Shown here: in pieces, positions 9,265 through 18,807 of the stretch
Position numbering within the stretch: the stretch's first letter is position 1
Layout of the letters: the number at the start of each line of letters is the position of its first letter
NCBI GenBank assembly: GCA_964474825.1
Contig: CAYYWQ010000001.1
Coordinates: 357,609-421,608, forward strand
Direction: 5' to 3'
Length of the DNA stretch: 64,000 nt
Origin: an uncultured Candidatus Saccharibacteria bacterium
GTDB lineage: Bacteria; Patescibacteriota; Doudnabacteria; UBA920
Program-made: the position numbers and the translations under genes
Notes under the pieces: model-generated
Seen by the model: the letters and a program-made list of their open reading frames with translations, nothing else
Databases searched by the model: none
What the model was told of the DNA's origin: nothing

Positions 9265-9876
9265 ATGCTCAAACTCCCCTCCTCTCTCCAAAAATTAATA
9301 AACGAACTTGGCAAGCTTCCAGGTGTTGGCCCTAAGACCGCCCAGCGGTTGGGATTTTATTTATTGAAAAAAGACAATATAGATTTAGCAAATTTGGCCT
9401 CGTCGATTTCCCAAGTTAAGCAGGGTATTGAGTTTTGCGGCGTTTGCCATAACATGGCCGAAAGCGACCCTTGTAATGTGTGCGCGGACGAAAAGAGAGA
9501 CCATTCTTTGGTTTGTGTGGTGGAAGAGCCGCTTGACGCCCAGGCAATAGACAAAGGTGGTGATTTTAAAGGTGTGTTTCATATTTTAGGCGGCGTGCTA
9601 AACCCCTTGGAAGGCATTGGTCCAGAGCAATTAAAGATAGAATCTTTAATTGCTAGAATCATGAATCCTGAATCGGGAATTATGGAAATCATTATCGCCA
9701 CCAACCCCTCGTTGGAAGGCGAGACTACGGCTATGCATTTGTCCAAAGTTATCAGAGCTGTAAATCCTGAAATAAAAATTACGCGTATTGCAAGAGGCCT
9801 GCCAATGGGCGGAGATTTGGAATACGCTGACGACATGACCTTAATGCGCGCTATGGAAGGACGAAGGGATTATTAA
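9265..9876 (+). CDS. recR: Recombination protein RecR
   Basis: 203 aa. HhH (LPGVGPKTAQR), C4 zinc finger (CxxC...CxxC), Toprim. Confidence 0.9.
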   Translation: MLKLPSSLQKLINELGKLPGVGPKTAQRLGFYLLKKDNIDLANLASSISQVKQGIEFCGVCHNMAESDPCNVCADEKRDHSLVCVVEEPLDAQAIDKGGDFKGVFHILGGVLNPLEGIGPEQLKIESLIARIMNPESGIMEIIIATNPSLEGETTAMHLSKVIRAVNPEIKITRIARGLPMGGDLEYADDMTLMRAMEGRRDY

Positions 9877-9930
9877 CCGCAGATGCCTGCCTACCGCAGG
9901 TAGGCTCAGATAAATTAAAATCAGATATAC

Positions 9931-9965
9931 AAAAAAGACCGTCACCATTGAGTGACGGTCTTTTG
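9931..9965. terminator. Bidirectional intrinsic terminator between recR (+) and rplU (-)
   Basis: AAAAAA, then GACCGTCAC / loop / GTGACGGTC, then TTTT. Confidence 0.65.
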
Positions 9966-9971
9966 AATTGA

Positions 9972-10265
9972 TTATGCTTTAACTATTTCCACTTCAGTGT
10001 AGTGCTGTCTTGCGCCAATTTTTCTGCGGTACTTGCTTTTGGCTTTATACTTTAAAACATGAACTTTCTTGCTTCTGGCCTGCTTTAGAACTTTGCCGGT
10101 AATTTTGGCGCCGCTTATAAAGGGCTTGCCAACAGTGCCGTCCTGGTAGAGGACTTTGTCAAAAGTAAGGGTAACTCCGGCTTCGCCTTCGAGTTTTTCT
10201 ACCTGAATTATACTGCCGGTTTTGACTAAATACTGTTTGCCGCCGGTTTCAATAATTGCTGTCAT
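9972..10265 (-). CDS. rplU: 50S ribosomal protein L21
   Basis: 97 aa. The N-terminal 'AIIETGGKQY' is typical of bL21. Confidence 0.9.
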   Translation of the reverse strand: MTAIIETGGKQYLVKTGSIIQVEKLEGEAGVTLTFDKVLYQDGTVGKPFISGAKITGKVLKQARSKKVHVLKYKAKSKYRRKIGARQHYTEVEIVKA

Positions 10266-10336
10266 TGGTTTAATAAAATGATTATATATTTAAGTTGCTT
10301 AGATATTTTACCAGATATATCCGGTTTCGTCAACGG

Positions 10337-11419
10337 CTACTTTTTGACATTATCGAATAGGTCCGGAATGTGAGGATGCTGTTTTTTGTAAATAATTACT
10401 ACAGAAATAGCCAGAATTACCATAACGCAAAATAAGACAAACAGGGCAATTAGTTTGCCCATAGACTGCAAAAACACAGCTGTAAAGCCAAAAATGGCAG
10501 AGATTAGCCATAGCACCAGAACGGTTTGCCGGTGGGACAGGCCAATATCGAGCAGTCTATAATGTAGATGTGCTCGGTCACCTACAAACGGGCTTCTGTG
10601 GTAAAACATACGGCGAATAATGGCCCAGGCAACATCTAAAATTGGAATGCCCATAACCAGTAAAGCCGTGGCAATTTTGGCGCCTAAAATTATGGAAAGC
10701 ACGCCAAGCATAAAACCGACTAAAGTACTCCCCGCTTCCCCTAAGAAAACTTTGGCGGGGTGAAAATTGTAAACTAAAAACCCAAGCAATGCGCCAGCAA
10801 AAATTATGGCAATGGTCGCGGTAATTGGTTGGTTAACTTTTTCTGTTAAAGACAGCGCGAACATTGTTATGCTTCCAATAAATCCGACCCCTCCGCAAAG
10901 GCCATCCAGTCCATCTAAAAGTTTTGTGGTAAAAATCATGCCAAGCATCCAAAGCCAGGCCAAAATTAGTGATAAGGGAATAGAGAATAGAGAATAGCCA
11001 ATGTAAATAGGCGCGCCGAACGGATTACTAATTTGGGTTATGCCAACGCCAATGCCTGACCATACAACAATTGCCGCGGCAAAGGCCGGAAATAGCCATA
11101 GCCATTTCGGGGGTAAATTAAATTTGTCGTCTAAAATTCCACCAATAACTAAAACTAAAGCACCAAAAATAATTGCGAAAAAGAATTTCGTGGGGACGAC
11201 TAAAAAATCCGGATGACCAAGAACAAGATAGGTTAAAATGGCTAAAATAAAAGCGGCGTAGACCCCAAGGCCTCCTAGCAGAGGCACGGGGTTTTTGTGG
11301 ATTTTACGTGCCAGCACTGGCAAATCTAAAGTTTTGGTTTTTATGGCCAGGCTTTTTATGGCCGGAGTAATAAGTAAACTTAAAGTTGTAGCCAGGGCAA
11401 AATATAAAAAGTAGATCAT
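10337..11419 (-). CDS. Glycosyltransferase family 4 polyprenyl-phosphate sugar-1-phosphate transferase (WecA/MraY family)
   Basis: 360 aa. Multi-TM with the DDxxN/D motif (ILDDKFNL) and LDGLDGL motif. Confidence 0.8.
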   Translation of the reverse strand: MIYFLYFALATTLSLLITPAIKSLAIKTKTLDLPVLARKIHKNPVPLLGGLGVYAAFILAILTYLVLGHPDFLVVPTKFFFAIIFGALVLVIGGILDDKFNLPPKWLWLFPAFAAAIVVWSGIGVGITQISNPFGAPIYIGYSLFSIPLSLILAWLWMLGMIFTTKLLDGLDGLCGGVGFIGSITMFALSLTEKVNQPITATIAIIFAGALLGFLVYNFHPAKVFLGEAGSTLVGFMLGVLSIILGAKIATALLVMGIPILDVAWAIIRRMFYHRSPFVGDRAHLHYRLLDIGLSHRQTVLVLWLISAIFGFTAVFLQSMGKLIALFVLFCVMVILAISVVIIYKKQHPHIPDLFDNVKK

Positions 11420-13086
11420 GGGTTGGGCTTAACAGTTACGGGCTGCATTTCTTTCATGGTTAGCCCTGTGTTTTCCCCTTTGCGGGCCTTGGGTGTAACC
11501 CAGAATTCCAAATATTGTCCAAACATTAGCCTGGTTTGGGCTTCTACGGCTGGCAAGCTGCCAAATACTACAGAAACAACAGGAACAAAAATCCACTGCA
11601 CGTACATCATTACCGACCGCCACACACTGTATTTTTTTGGCCTGGGAGGGAGGAGTACCAGGTTTATATAAACACTAAAAATTAAAAACACCAAGGCAAT
11701 GTTTAAAAGAAATACTGTAATTTTTGGCAAATTATAACCAACCACGCTTTGGTTAAAAGCATCGCCCCCTAAATACAGCGGCAGGCGACCCAAAACCGCA
11801 ATAAGCAAGCTGGCCGCTGCCCAGTTAAAATTACCTTCGGCGTATTGGTAAAGTTTGTACATCCTGTCCCAAAATGGTGCTTTGGAACTTAAAAGTTTGG
11901 GAACTAAGTGCGGGTAATATTCTACGTTGTAAGCCCAGCGGCGTTTTTGTTTGTACTGGTTTTTTAAAGTTTGCCAGGTGGTTGGGGCGAGGCAGGTGTC
12001 GAGCGAGATTGGAATAAACAGCGGCACGACTTGGTAATCGCCGTTGTAATGTAAATAGCATTGCCAGTAAATGTAACCATCTTCGTTAACAATGTCGGTT
12101 TTCCACATGCCTACTTCCAGCAGGGCCTTAAGCGTCATGGTGTGGGAGGAAAAAGTACGCAAGCGGTCGGGCCGGCTACTCTCGGTAAACTGCCAAAAAG
12201 AATTAGATACGGATACAACGCGAATAATGGCGGGGCTGTCCCAAATATTGTTGTTATAAATGGCAATTGGCTGGAAACTTTTTTGATAGGGTTTTTCCGC
12301 AAGTAAAAATTCGTACATCACCCGGGCAAAGTATTGCGGATGCACGATTGTGTCGCTGTCAAAATTAGAGACCAAAACTTGGTCGGTTTTAATGCCGAGT
12401 TTCCCGAGTTCGGGCAAGACAGACTTTATGGCAAAGCTGGCATTTGCACTCTTGCCTTTAATTTCACCTGGCAAACCGTCGGGATGGACAGAAATAAAAA
12501 ACTTATAAAAATTATTCTGATATTTGGCTTTTATGGAGTTTGCCACCTCCAGGGCCTGTAGCCCTATGCGTTCTTCACAACCTAAAACAATTAGAATATT
12601 TTGCTTAAGGTAGTTAGCGCTTGCTAAAGCTGAAAAAGTGGAATCAAGGATCTGAAAGTCTTCGTCCGTAAATGGGATTAAAATTAAATGGTAAAAATCG
12701 CTCAAGGGCCTTAGGGTTTTACCGTTCGCAATTAGTTTTTCCAGCCTTTTAATTTCCTGGCCGTAAAAAGTTTTTTCCAAACTGCGTTTAGCAGTGATTT
12801 TTTTATTTTGTAAAAATTGTAAAAACTTTTCCGTATCACTTAAGCGTTGGCTGTAATCCAACCAGTCAATTTTTACAAAAAACTGGAACTTGCGGTAGCT
12901 GGCAATTAAATGCGTGGCCACATTCATGGCTTTAAGCACCCAATATAAGTCGAAGCAAATTATAAACAACGCTGCCCAGACAGGCTTGTAAATAGACAAA
13001 AAAATCGCGCCAAAAAACACCAGCCAAAATTGCAGGCCGGGTAATATTTCCCAGAGTCGTTCTTTAGGGGTGCGTTTACGGTACAT
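11416..13086 (-). CDS. Processive family-2 glycosyltransferase (cellulose/chitin/hyaluronan-synthase-like) with flanking TM segments
   Basis: 556 aa. DxD-containing GT-A core (FDSDTIV) and a Q(K)RRW motif (QKRRWAYN). TM helices at both the N and C termini. Confidence 0.7.
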   Translation of the reverse strand: MYRKRTPKERLWEILPGLQFWLVFFGAIFLSIYKPVWAALFIICFDLYWVLKAMNVATHLIASYRKFQFFVKIDWLDYSQRLSDTEKFLQFLQNKKITAKRSLEKTFYGQEIKRLEKLIANGKTLRPLSDFYHLILIPFTDEDFQILDSTFSALASANYLKQNILIVLGCEERIGLQALEVANSIKAKYQNNFYKFFISVHPDGLPGEIKGKSANASFAIKSVLPELGKLGIKTDQVLVSNFDSDTIVHPQYFARVMYEFLLAEKPYQKSFQPIAIYNNNIWDSPAIIRVVSVSNSFWQFTESSRPDRLRTFSSHTMTLKALLEVGMWKTDIVNEDGYIYWQCYLHYNGDYQVVPLFIPISLDTCLAPTTWQTLKNQYKQKRRWAYNVEYYPHLVPKLLSSKAPFWDRMYKLYQYAEGNFNWAAASLLIAVLGRLPLYLGGDAFNQSVVGYNLPKITVFLLNIALVFLIFSVYINLVLLPPRPKKYSVWRSVMMYVQWIFVPVVSVVFGSLPAVEAQTRLMFGQYLEFWVTPKARKGENTGLTMKEMQPVTVKPNP

Positions 13087-13124
13087 ATGTGATTAAAGAT
13101 TTGTCTGCTAATAAGCAGGGCGCA

Positions 13125-13577
13125 TTAATTAACTCCGGCTAACAAAAAAATAGAAGACAGTAAAATTATTTGCACAACCAAACTTACAAATGCTGTTAAA
13201 AAAGAAAGTAAATTTTCACTTTCTTTTAGAAAGTAAAAGGCAGAAAAATTTACGGCTAAAATAATTAAACCCGTTAGCGGGATTAAATAAAGATTGTTGC
13301 CGCTCCCAAACCAATCCACTCCAATTAATACATTGTAATGAAGCGCTAAAGTTTCGTCCGACGGACGAATTTTGTAGCGGACGGCAAAAAATGTTATAAT
13401 ATTAAAAATAATACCCAGGAGCCAAAGAAACCAAATTTCCTTAAAATAAGCTGAAATCTTTTGCAAAAAAGAGTAATTCATTGCGTAAATAAGTTTATAA
13501 CTTAACCAAGTATAGCAAAAAAGAGCGTTTTTTTCTACCTTCATGTCCAAAACCCAAAAGTTCCTTTTAGCAGGCAT
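13125..13577 (-). CDS. Hypothetical small integral membrane protein
   Basis: 150 aa with 3-4 hydrophobic helices. Confidence 0.3.
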   Translation of the reverse strand: MPAKRNFWVLDMKVEKNALFCYTWLSYKLIYAMNYSFLQKISAYFKEIWFLWLLGIIFNIITFFAVRYKIRPSDETLALHYNVLIGVDWFGSGNNLYLIPLTGLIILAVNFSAFYFLKESENLLSFLTAFVSLVVQIILLSSIFLLAGVN

Positions 13578-15288
13578 TATCGTTTTAGCAGTCTTTTTTA
13601 GATTTTATAAAATTACTGAAATGCCGGGCGGGCTGTTTCCGGACGAAGCCGCCAATGGTTTAGACATAAATTTAATGCAGCAAGGCCACTTGCAGCCGTT
13701 TTATGAACGGGGCAACGGAAGAGAGGCCTTGTTTTTCTATATGGAATGGGCTTCCACAGCTATGTTTGGCTTAGGGGCCTGGCAATTCCATATTGTGTCG
13801 TCTTTTGGCGGAGTATTGGCGGTTTTGTTTTGCTATTTGTTTACCAGACGGCTATTCTTGATGGATTATTATTTACAGAACGAGCACGAAGATCCGGAAG
13901 AAGATTTTGAGCGCCAAAAAAACCGAGCTATAAATATTTCATTACTAGCATCATTCCTCATGGCCGTTTCTTCGTGGCACGTGGTTTTGTCGCGCACTGC
14001 TTTTCGCGCTTCTTTGATTCCCTTGTTTACTGCAATGACTTTTTATTTTTTGTTATGTGTTTACCAGTCTTCAACCGCAAAAAAAAGATTTATATTTTCA
14101 TTTTTGACCGGCGCCAGTTTTGCTTTGGGTTTTTACACCTATATTGCTTATCGCATAATGGTGCCAATTTTGTTTATGGTTTTGGTATGGCCATTGTTGG
14201 CGGCCATTAAGAACAAAATTTTAATCAATACAATAAAAAAATACTTTTTTGCCGCTGTGCTGTTCTTGGTTGCCTTTTCAATTTTTATTTTTCCCATTGC
14301 CAAATATTTTTACCAGCACGAGGGCTCTTTTATTGGCCGTGCGGGCCAAGTTAGTATTTTTAACCAAACTTTATATACCATTAACGGCGTCCAGTTAACT
14401 TCCACTCCCCCTTTGGCCGCCGTAGTTTCGGTTGCCGGGGAAGTTTTTAAGACCCAATTTTTAGCAATTTTTTTCCACGGGGATTTAAACTGGAGGCATA
14501 ATATTTCAGGCGCCCCATTCTTGTCCAATTTGGTAAGTCCTTTTTTTGCCGCTGGGCTGGCCCTTATGGTGATTTTTTCCATTGTTTATTTTTTTATGCC
14601 GGCGCGTAAAGCCCCTTGGTGGAAATATTTTTTATTGGTCGGCTGGTTTTTTGGCATGCTGCTCCCGGTTATTACGACAGCCGAAGGTATTCCCCATGGC
14701 CTTCGCGGTATAGGCATAATTCCCCCGCTGTTTATTATTGCCGCCTGGGCGCTATATGAATTAGCGACTTTAATAATGAAGGCTCATAGGCGTTTGTACG
14801 AAAATTGGGCAGGTTTTGACTCCTGGCAGTACAAACTAACAACCAGGGCTTACAAGCTGCTGATGATTGTTTTTTTTGCTGCTTTGGTTTCCCAAACTTA
14901 TATTTTGTATTTTGTCAGCGCATATAACGACCCTTCTAATTTTTATTATTTCCGTTCGGACTTAACAACGGTTACTAAATATTTACGGGAGTATGGAGAC
15001 AAGCAAAGTACTTATTTGGTGTTAGACAAGTTTTCAGTTCAAGCAGCAGATTATTTAACCACTGTTGATGGTGCCCACCCGGAAAATCCAAAAAATATGC
15101 CATATGTGCAAATTGACCCGGAAAATTCCTGGGGGCTTAAACTAAAAAAAGGAGACCAAATTGTTTTTACGCAGTCCTCCATTTTTGACATTACTAAGTT
15201 TAAGCAATACCACCCCGAAGCCAGCTTAGCCCTGGAACACCGCAACAAATTCGGCCAAGCTGTAATGGCGGTGTACAAAGTGTATTAA
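13543..15288 (+). CDS. GT-C fold glycosyltransferase, GT39/GT83-like (ArnT / protein-O-mannosyltransferase family)
   Basis: 581 aa. N-terminal signature FRxYxI...FPDEAxNG, many TM helices, C-terminal soluble domain. Confidence 0.65.
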   Translation: MSKTQKFLLAGIIVLAVFFRFYKITEMPGGLFPDEAANGLDINLMQQGHLQPFYERGNGREALFFYMEWASTAMFGLGAWQFHIVSSFGGVLAVLFCYLFTRRLFLMDYYLQNEHEDPEEDFERQKNRAINISLLASFLMAVSSWHVVLSRTAFRASLIPLFTAMTFYFLLCVYQSSTAKKRFIFSFLTGASFALGFYTYIAYRIMVPILFMVLVWPLLAAIKNKILINTIKKYFFAAVLFLVAFSIFIFPIAKYFYQHEGSFIGRAGQVSIFNQTLYTINGVQLTSTPPLAAVVSVAGEVFKTQFLAIFFHGDLNWRHNISGAPFLSNLVSPFFAAGLALMVIFSIVYFFMPARKAPWWKYFLLVGWFFGMLLPVITTAEGIPHGLRGIGIIPPLFIIAAWALYELATLIMKAHRRLYENWAGFDSWQYKLTTRAYKLLMIVFFAALVSQTYILYFVSAYNDPSNFYYFRSDLTTVTKYLREYGDKQSTYLVLDKFSVQAADYLTTVDGAHPENPKNMPYVQIDPENSWGLKLKKGDQIVFTQSSIFDITKFKQYHPEASLALEHRNKFGQAVMAVYKVY

Positions 15289-15294
15289 AAATTT

Positions 15295-15918
15295 ATGAAA
15301 CCAAAATATTGGGCCATTTTCATTCTCGCGACAATCGCAATTGGTGCAAGCGCATTATATTACACCAAGCTACCAGCTTGGGATTTAGGTTTAATCAGCT
15401 TTCACCACAAAACCCAATCCTCCCCCACTTCAGAGACAGATTTAAAAGATTGGAAAACTTATACTAATAGCCAGTATGGGTTTAGTTTTAAGTATCCGCC
15501 TACGCTCTATACTTATGATAATAAGCCTTATGAATTATTTACCATCCAAAATACTCCAAAGCAAATAGTATTTGGAGAATTATTTAACGCTAAAGGTCAA
15601 GAGGGTGTTGATTTTGTAACTCAAGGATATCAGTTCAATTTCGTCGCAGTTAAGGAAAAAAAAGATTTCGAAGAAAGCTCTGCTGGTTCGACCTATAAAA
15701 TTAGGAAACTTAGTTTACCAAACATCCAAGCAATCCGTTATGACGACGAGGGCGGTGTATCCCGTGGACCAGTCGTGGCTATTGTTGATCAAAATTCACC
15801 ATCTGATTACATTCTCTTCAATTACCTTGCTCAAGGTGACGAAACTTCAAACTGGACCGATGACCAAGTCGAAATGATATTTTTACAAATTCTTTCCACT
15901 TTCAAATTTGCCAAGTAA
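15295..15918 (+). CDS. Hypothetical secreted/membrane-anchored protein with an N-terminal hydrophobic anchor and a Ser/Thr-rich linker
   Basis: 207 aa. Begins MKPKYW; the first 25 nt are almost identical to the start of the next gene. Confidence 0.35.
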   Translation: MKPKYWAIFILATIAIGASALYYTKLPAWDLGLISFHHKTQSSPTSETDLKDWKTYTNSQYGFSFKYPPTLYTYDNKPYELFTIQNTPKQIVFGELFNAKGQEGVDFVTQGYQFNFVAVKEKKDFEESSAGSTYKIRKLSLPNIQAIRYDDEGGVSRGPVVAIVDQNSPSDYILFNYLAQGDETSNWTDDQVEMIFLQILSTFKFAK

Positions 15919-16126
15919 ATTTATGAAACCAAAATATTGGGTTATTACTATAGTTTTAATTGTTGCAGCCCTGGCGGTTGGGTATGGGGTGTGGAAAAAT
16001 AAGCAAAAGGAAGATGCTCCTAAGTGCGGGGGAATTGCTGGATTTATGTGTCCTGAAGGTTATACTTGTACTGAGCAGGCTAGTTACCCAGATGCAATGG
16101 GTTATTGCGTAAAAACTTCTAAATAA
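15908..16126 (+). CDS. Small secreted 4-Cys peptide (signal-anchor plus a mature region of about 40 aa)
   Basis: 72 aa. Also begins MKPKYW. C-terminal region CGG...FMCPEGYTCTE...GYCV. Confidence 0.35.
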   Translation: MPSKFMKPKYWVITIVLIVAALAVGYGVWKNKQKEDAPKCGGIAGFMCPEGYTCTEQASYPDAMGYCVKTSK

Positions 16127-16147
16127 TTAATTTAAAACCAAACACTA

Positions 16148-17734
16148 ATGAAAAAATATTGGCCACTTATTTTAATATTAATTTTGGCTGCGGTCTTCCG
16201 AGTTTACCATAATTTCGACATTTCCATTTGGCATGACGAGGCTTTTTCGGCTTTGCTTATTCGCTATAGCTGGCCGGAAATGTTTAGCCGTTTGGCCATA
16301 GACGTGCATCCGCCAATGTATTATATTGCGTTGCGGCTTTGGCATTATATTTTTGGCGACACAGTGGTTGCTCTCCGCGGATTCTCTATTTTATTCGGTG
16401 TTGGGACTGTTTGGGGAGTTTGGCTGTTTGTAAAAACGGCATTTCAAAATGAAAAAGCGGCCCTGTGGGCGGCGTTATTGCTTGCCTTGAATCCATACAT
16501 AGTAGATTTTTCTACAGAAGCCAGGATGTATACTTTTGGCGCTTTTTTTGCGGTTTTGGCCGCCTACTTTTTGACCAAAGCTTTACATGAGCAAAAAAAG
16601 TTTTATGACGGCAAGAGTTTGAATATGCCCAATTTGCCAACTGATATTAAACTGCAGAAAAATTTTCTTTGGCACTATTTAGGTTTTGCGCTGTGTACAG
16701 CAATAATTATTCTTACACATTACTATTTGTTGTTCACCGCTGCCGCGCTTTGTTTGTATGCCTTAATTTTTCATATATATCATTATCGCGGCGAATTAAA
16801 ACGGTACTCGTTACTTGTTAGCTCTTACTTGTTAATAATTGCTTCTTTCCTGCCTTGGCTGAAAATCTTCATTTCACAAGTTAAATCTGTAGGCGGAGGT
16901 TACTGGATTCCTCCAATGGACATTTGGAGCATTCCTGGTACTTTGTGGACTTTTCTTTTAGGCATTCCTCATAACAACAGTAATCCTGACACCTTGAAAT
17001 GGATGGTTGTAGTGGTGCTGTTTTCTATATTTTTCTTCTACAGATTCTTGCGTAAAAGCCAGCCTTGGGAAAAGTGGCTGGTGCTGCTCGCGACTATTGC
17101 GCCGTTTTGTGGGTCAATTTTGTTTGTTATTTTGGCAAGGCTAAAAGGGAGCGAATCTACTGTTTTTCAAGAACGTTACTTTTTATTTGCAGGTGTTTTT
17201 TACATTATTGCTTTGGCAATTTGGCTTTCGGAAATAAAAATTAAATGGTTGGCCAGCAGCGTGTTTGTATTATATTGCCTGTTTAATGTTTATGCTTTTT
17301 CCCATAACTGGGAAGGTCTTAATATTTCCAACAAACCGGGCATGAAGGCGGCTGCCAAATATTTGGTTAATAACGTAGAGCCCGGCCAGCAGGTTTTTTT
17401 GGGCACAAGCTTTGAGTTTTTTAACTACAAATATTATGAGTCAACTTATTTTTCCCTGCCCAATCCCCCACTGCTCTATACCGGAGGCCGTGGCGAGGTT
17501 TCCCAAATGTCCCCGGTAGAAGGTTCGGCCATACTTTCCAATGCGGATTTAGCGCCTACTTTTGAACAGCACGGCCATTCCGGAGACACGGAATGGATAA
17601 TTTGGACTTACGCTTTTGGAAGTAATAAGCCAAGCCTCCCTAAAAATTGGATTCAAATTGATGAAAAAGAATTTCCAGACGTTCGTCCATATGTAGGAAC
17701 CAGTATTTACGTAACCCAATATAGGGTAAATTAA
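16148..17734 (+). CDS. GT-C fold glycosyltransferase, GT39/GT83-like (second paralog)
   Basis: 528 aa. FRVYHNF...WHDEAF signature and multi-TM topology. Confidence 0.65.
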   Translation: MKKYWPLILILILAAVFRVYHNFDISIWHDEAFSALLIRYSWPEMFSRLAIDVHPPMYYIALRLWHYIFGDTVVALRGFSILFGVGTVWGVWLFVKTAFQNEKAALWAALLLALNPYIVDFSTEARMYTFGAFFAVLAAYFLTKALHEQKKFYDGKSLNMPNLPTDIKLQKNFLWHYLGFALCTAIIILTHYYLLFTAAALCLYALIFHIYHYRGELKRYSLLVSSYLLIIASFLPWLKIFISQVKSVGGGYWIPPMDIWSIPGTLWTFLLGIPHNNSNPDTLKWMVVVVLFSIFFFYRFLRKSQPWEKWLVLLATIAPFCGSILFVILARLKGSESTVFQERYFLFAGVFYIIALAIWLSEIKIKWLASSVFVLYCLFNVYAFSHNWEGLNISNKPGMKAAAKYLVNNVEPGQQVFLGTSFEFFNYKYYESTYFSLPNPPLLYTGGRGEVSQMSPVEGSAILSNADLAPTFEQHGHSGDTEWIIWTYAFGSNKPSLPKNWIQIDEKEFPDVRPYVGTSIYVTQYRVN

Positions 17735-17760
17735 AAATAAATTTCCTGAAAGCTTTAAAC

Positions 17761-17791
17761 AAAAAAATCCCTCAAATAAGAGGGATTTTTA
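17761..17791 (+). terminator. Intrinsic terminator after the second GT39 gene (AATCCCTC AAATAA GAGGGATT TTT)
   Basis: Perfect 8-bp stem followed by a T-tract. Confidence 0.65.
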
Positions 17792-17882
17792 GTCGTGTCA
17801 AGAGGTAAGAGTCTTGACAGAAGTGCCAAAAATGGGGAAAATTATATGTCTTTAAAAGACATCAACTCAAGAGGAGGGTTGG

Positions 17883-18071
17883 ATGACGTTGGAACAGCAT
17901 TTCCTGCTTTTTTACTGCTTTGCTGGCAGCATTGCGGCGCTTCTGCTGGGTTTGGCGATTTGGTGTCGCCTAAGCTTCGTGCAAAAGGACTGGATTATTA
18001 GAAGTACCAGACACCACCTGGCCAAACTTTGGACCCGTCTTAAGGGTCCCGATCCATACCAGTTTACATAG
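17883..18071 (+). CDS. Small single-TM protein (62 aa) in a GC-elevated intergenic island
   Basis: Strong SD AGGAGG 5 nt before the ATG and one clear TM helix. I do not recognise the family. Confidence 0.35.
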   Translation: MTLEQHFLLFYCFAGSIAALLLGLAIWCRLSFVQKDWIIRSTRHHLAKLWTRLKGPDPYQFT

Positions 18072-18119
18072 CCCAAAACAGGGCTTAACAAGGCGCGCAC
18101 GATCCATAGTGCGCGCTGA

Positions 18120-18803
18120 TCATTTTATATAAGTTCCCTTAAAACTTTTATCACTAAAAATATTTACTAGGTTTTTTAAATTCTGGCCGTTTGTAATAAT
18201 CACGTTTAACTTATTTTCATAGGCAAATTTTGCGGCTGTTGGGTCAAAGGGCACGTTTTTGCCCGGATCCCATTTTGATCCAATAAGTTTTATAAATTCT
18301 TTCCAGGAAATTTCTTCAATTTTTTTCGCGTCTTTAAATTTCCGCGGGTCTTTAGTGTATACGTAATCAATGTTACTTAAATTTATTATGGTTTTGGCGC
18401 CATGCATTTTGGCTAAGCGGACGCTAAAATCGTCGCTGCTTCTTCCTGGCTTCCAGCCTCCGGCGCCAACAAGGATTTTTCCTTTAAAGTTTATTTTGTT
18501 ATTTGGATCATAGGAGATTTCAGAATGCGCAAGTTTACCAAACATAAGTTGCAAAAATTTGGCATGAAATTTGTTGGTGGAAAGCCCTATCCAGTCTAAG
18601 TCTTCGGGAGTTGGACTGATTACTTCTTTCAAGGCTGACTGATATTTACGGCAAGTCCTGCCTCCTCCGGGGCTAATAATAAAACGGTTGCCTTTTTTTG
18701 TTTGGGCAATTATTACTTCCCGGAATTTTTTTAAAAAATTCGCGTCTATTTCTTCGGGCGCAATAAGTGAGCCGCCAAGGGAAATTACAAAAAGTTTGGG
18801 CAT
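18120..18803 (-). CDS. pyrH: Amino-acid-kinase-family protein, probable (archaeal-type) UMP kinase
   Basis: 227 aa. The N-terminal 'VISLGGS' and the GGG loop fit a carbamate/UMP kinase fold. Confidence 0.55.
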   Translation of the reverse strand: MPKLFVISLGGSLIAPEEIDANFLKKFREVIIAQTKKGNRFIISPGGGRTCRKYQSALKEVISPTPEDLDWIGLSTNKFHAKFLQLMFGKLAHSEISYDPNNKINFKGKILVGAGGWKPGRSSDDFSVRLAKMHGAKTIINLSNIDYVYTKDPRKFKDAKKIEEISWKEFIKLIGSKWDPGKNVPFDPTAAKFAYENKLNVIITNGQNLKNLVNIFSDKSFKGTYIK

Positions 18804-18807
18804 AAAT

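Noticed and set aside
17795-18100. Possible RNase P, tmRNA, SRP or 6S RNA in the GC-rich spacer
   Set aside because: It lacks the GGAAAGUCCGG / ACAGAANCCGGCUUA cores of RNase P, the tag ORF plus tRNA-like CCA end of tmRNA, and the GGAAGGAAGCAGC SRP motif. A small ORF with an AGGAGG RBS explains most of the region.
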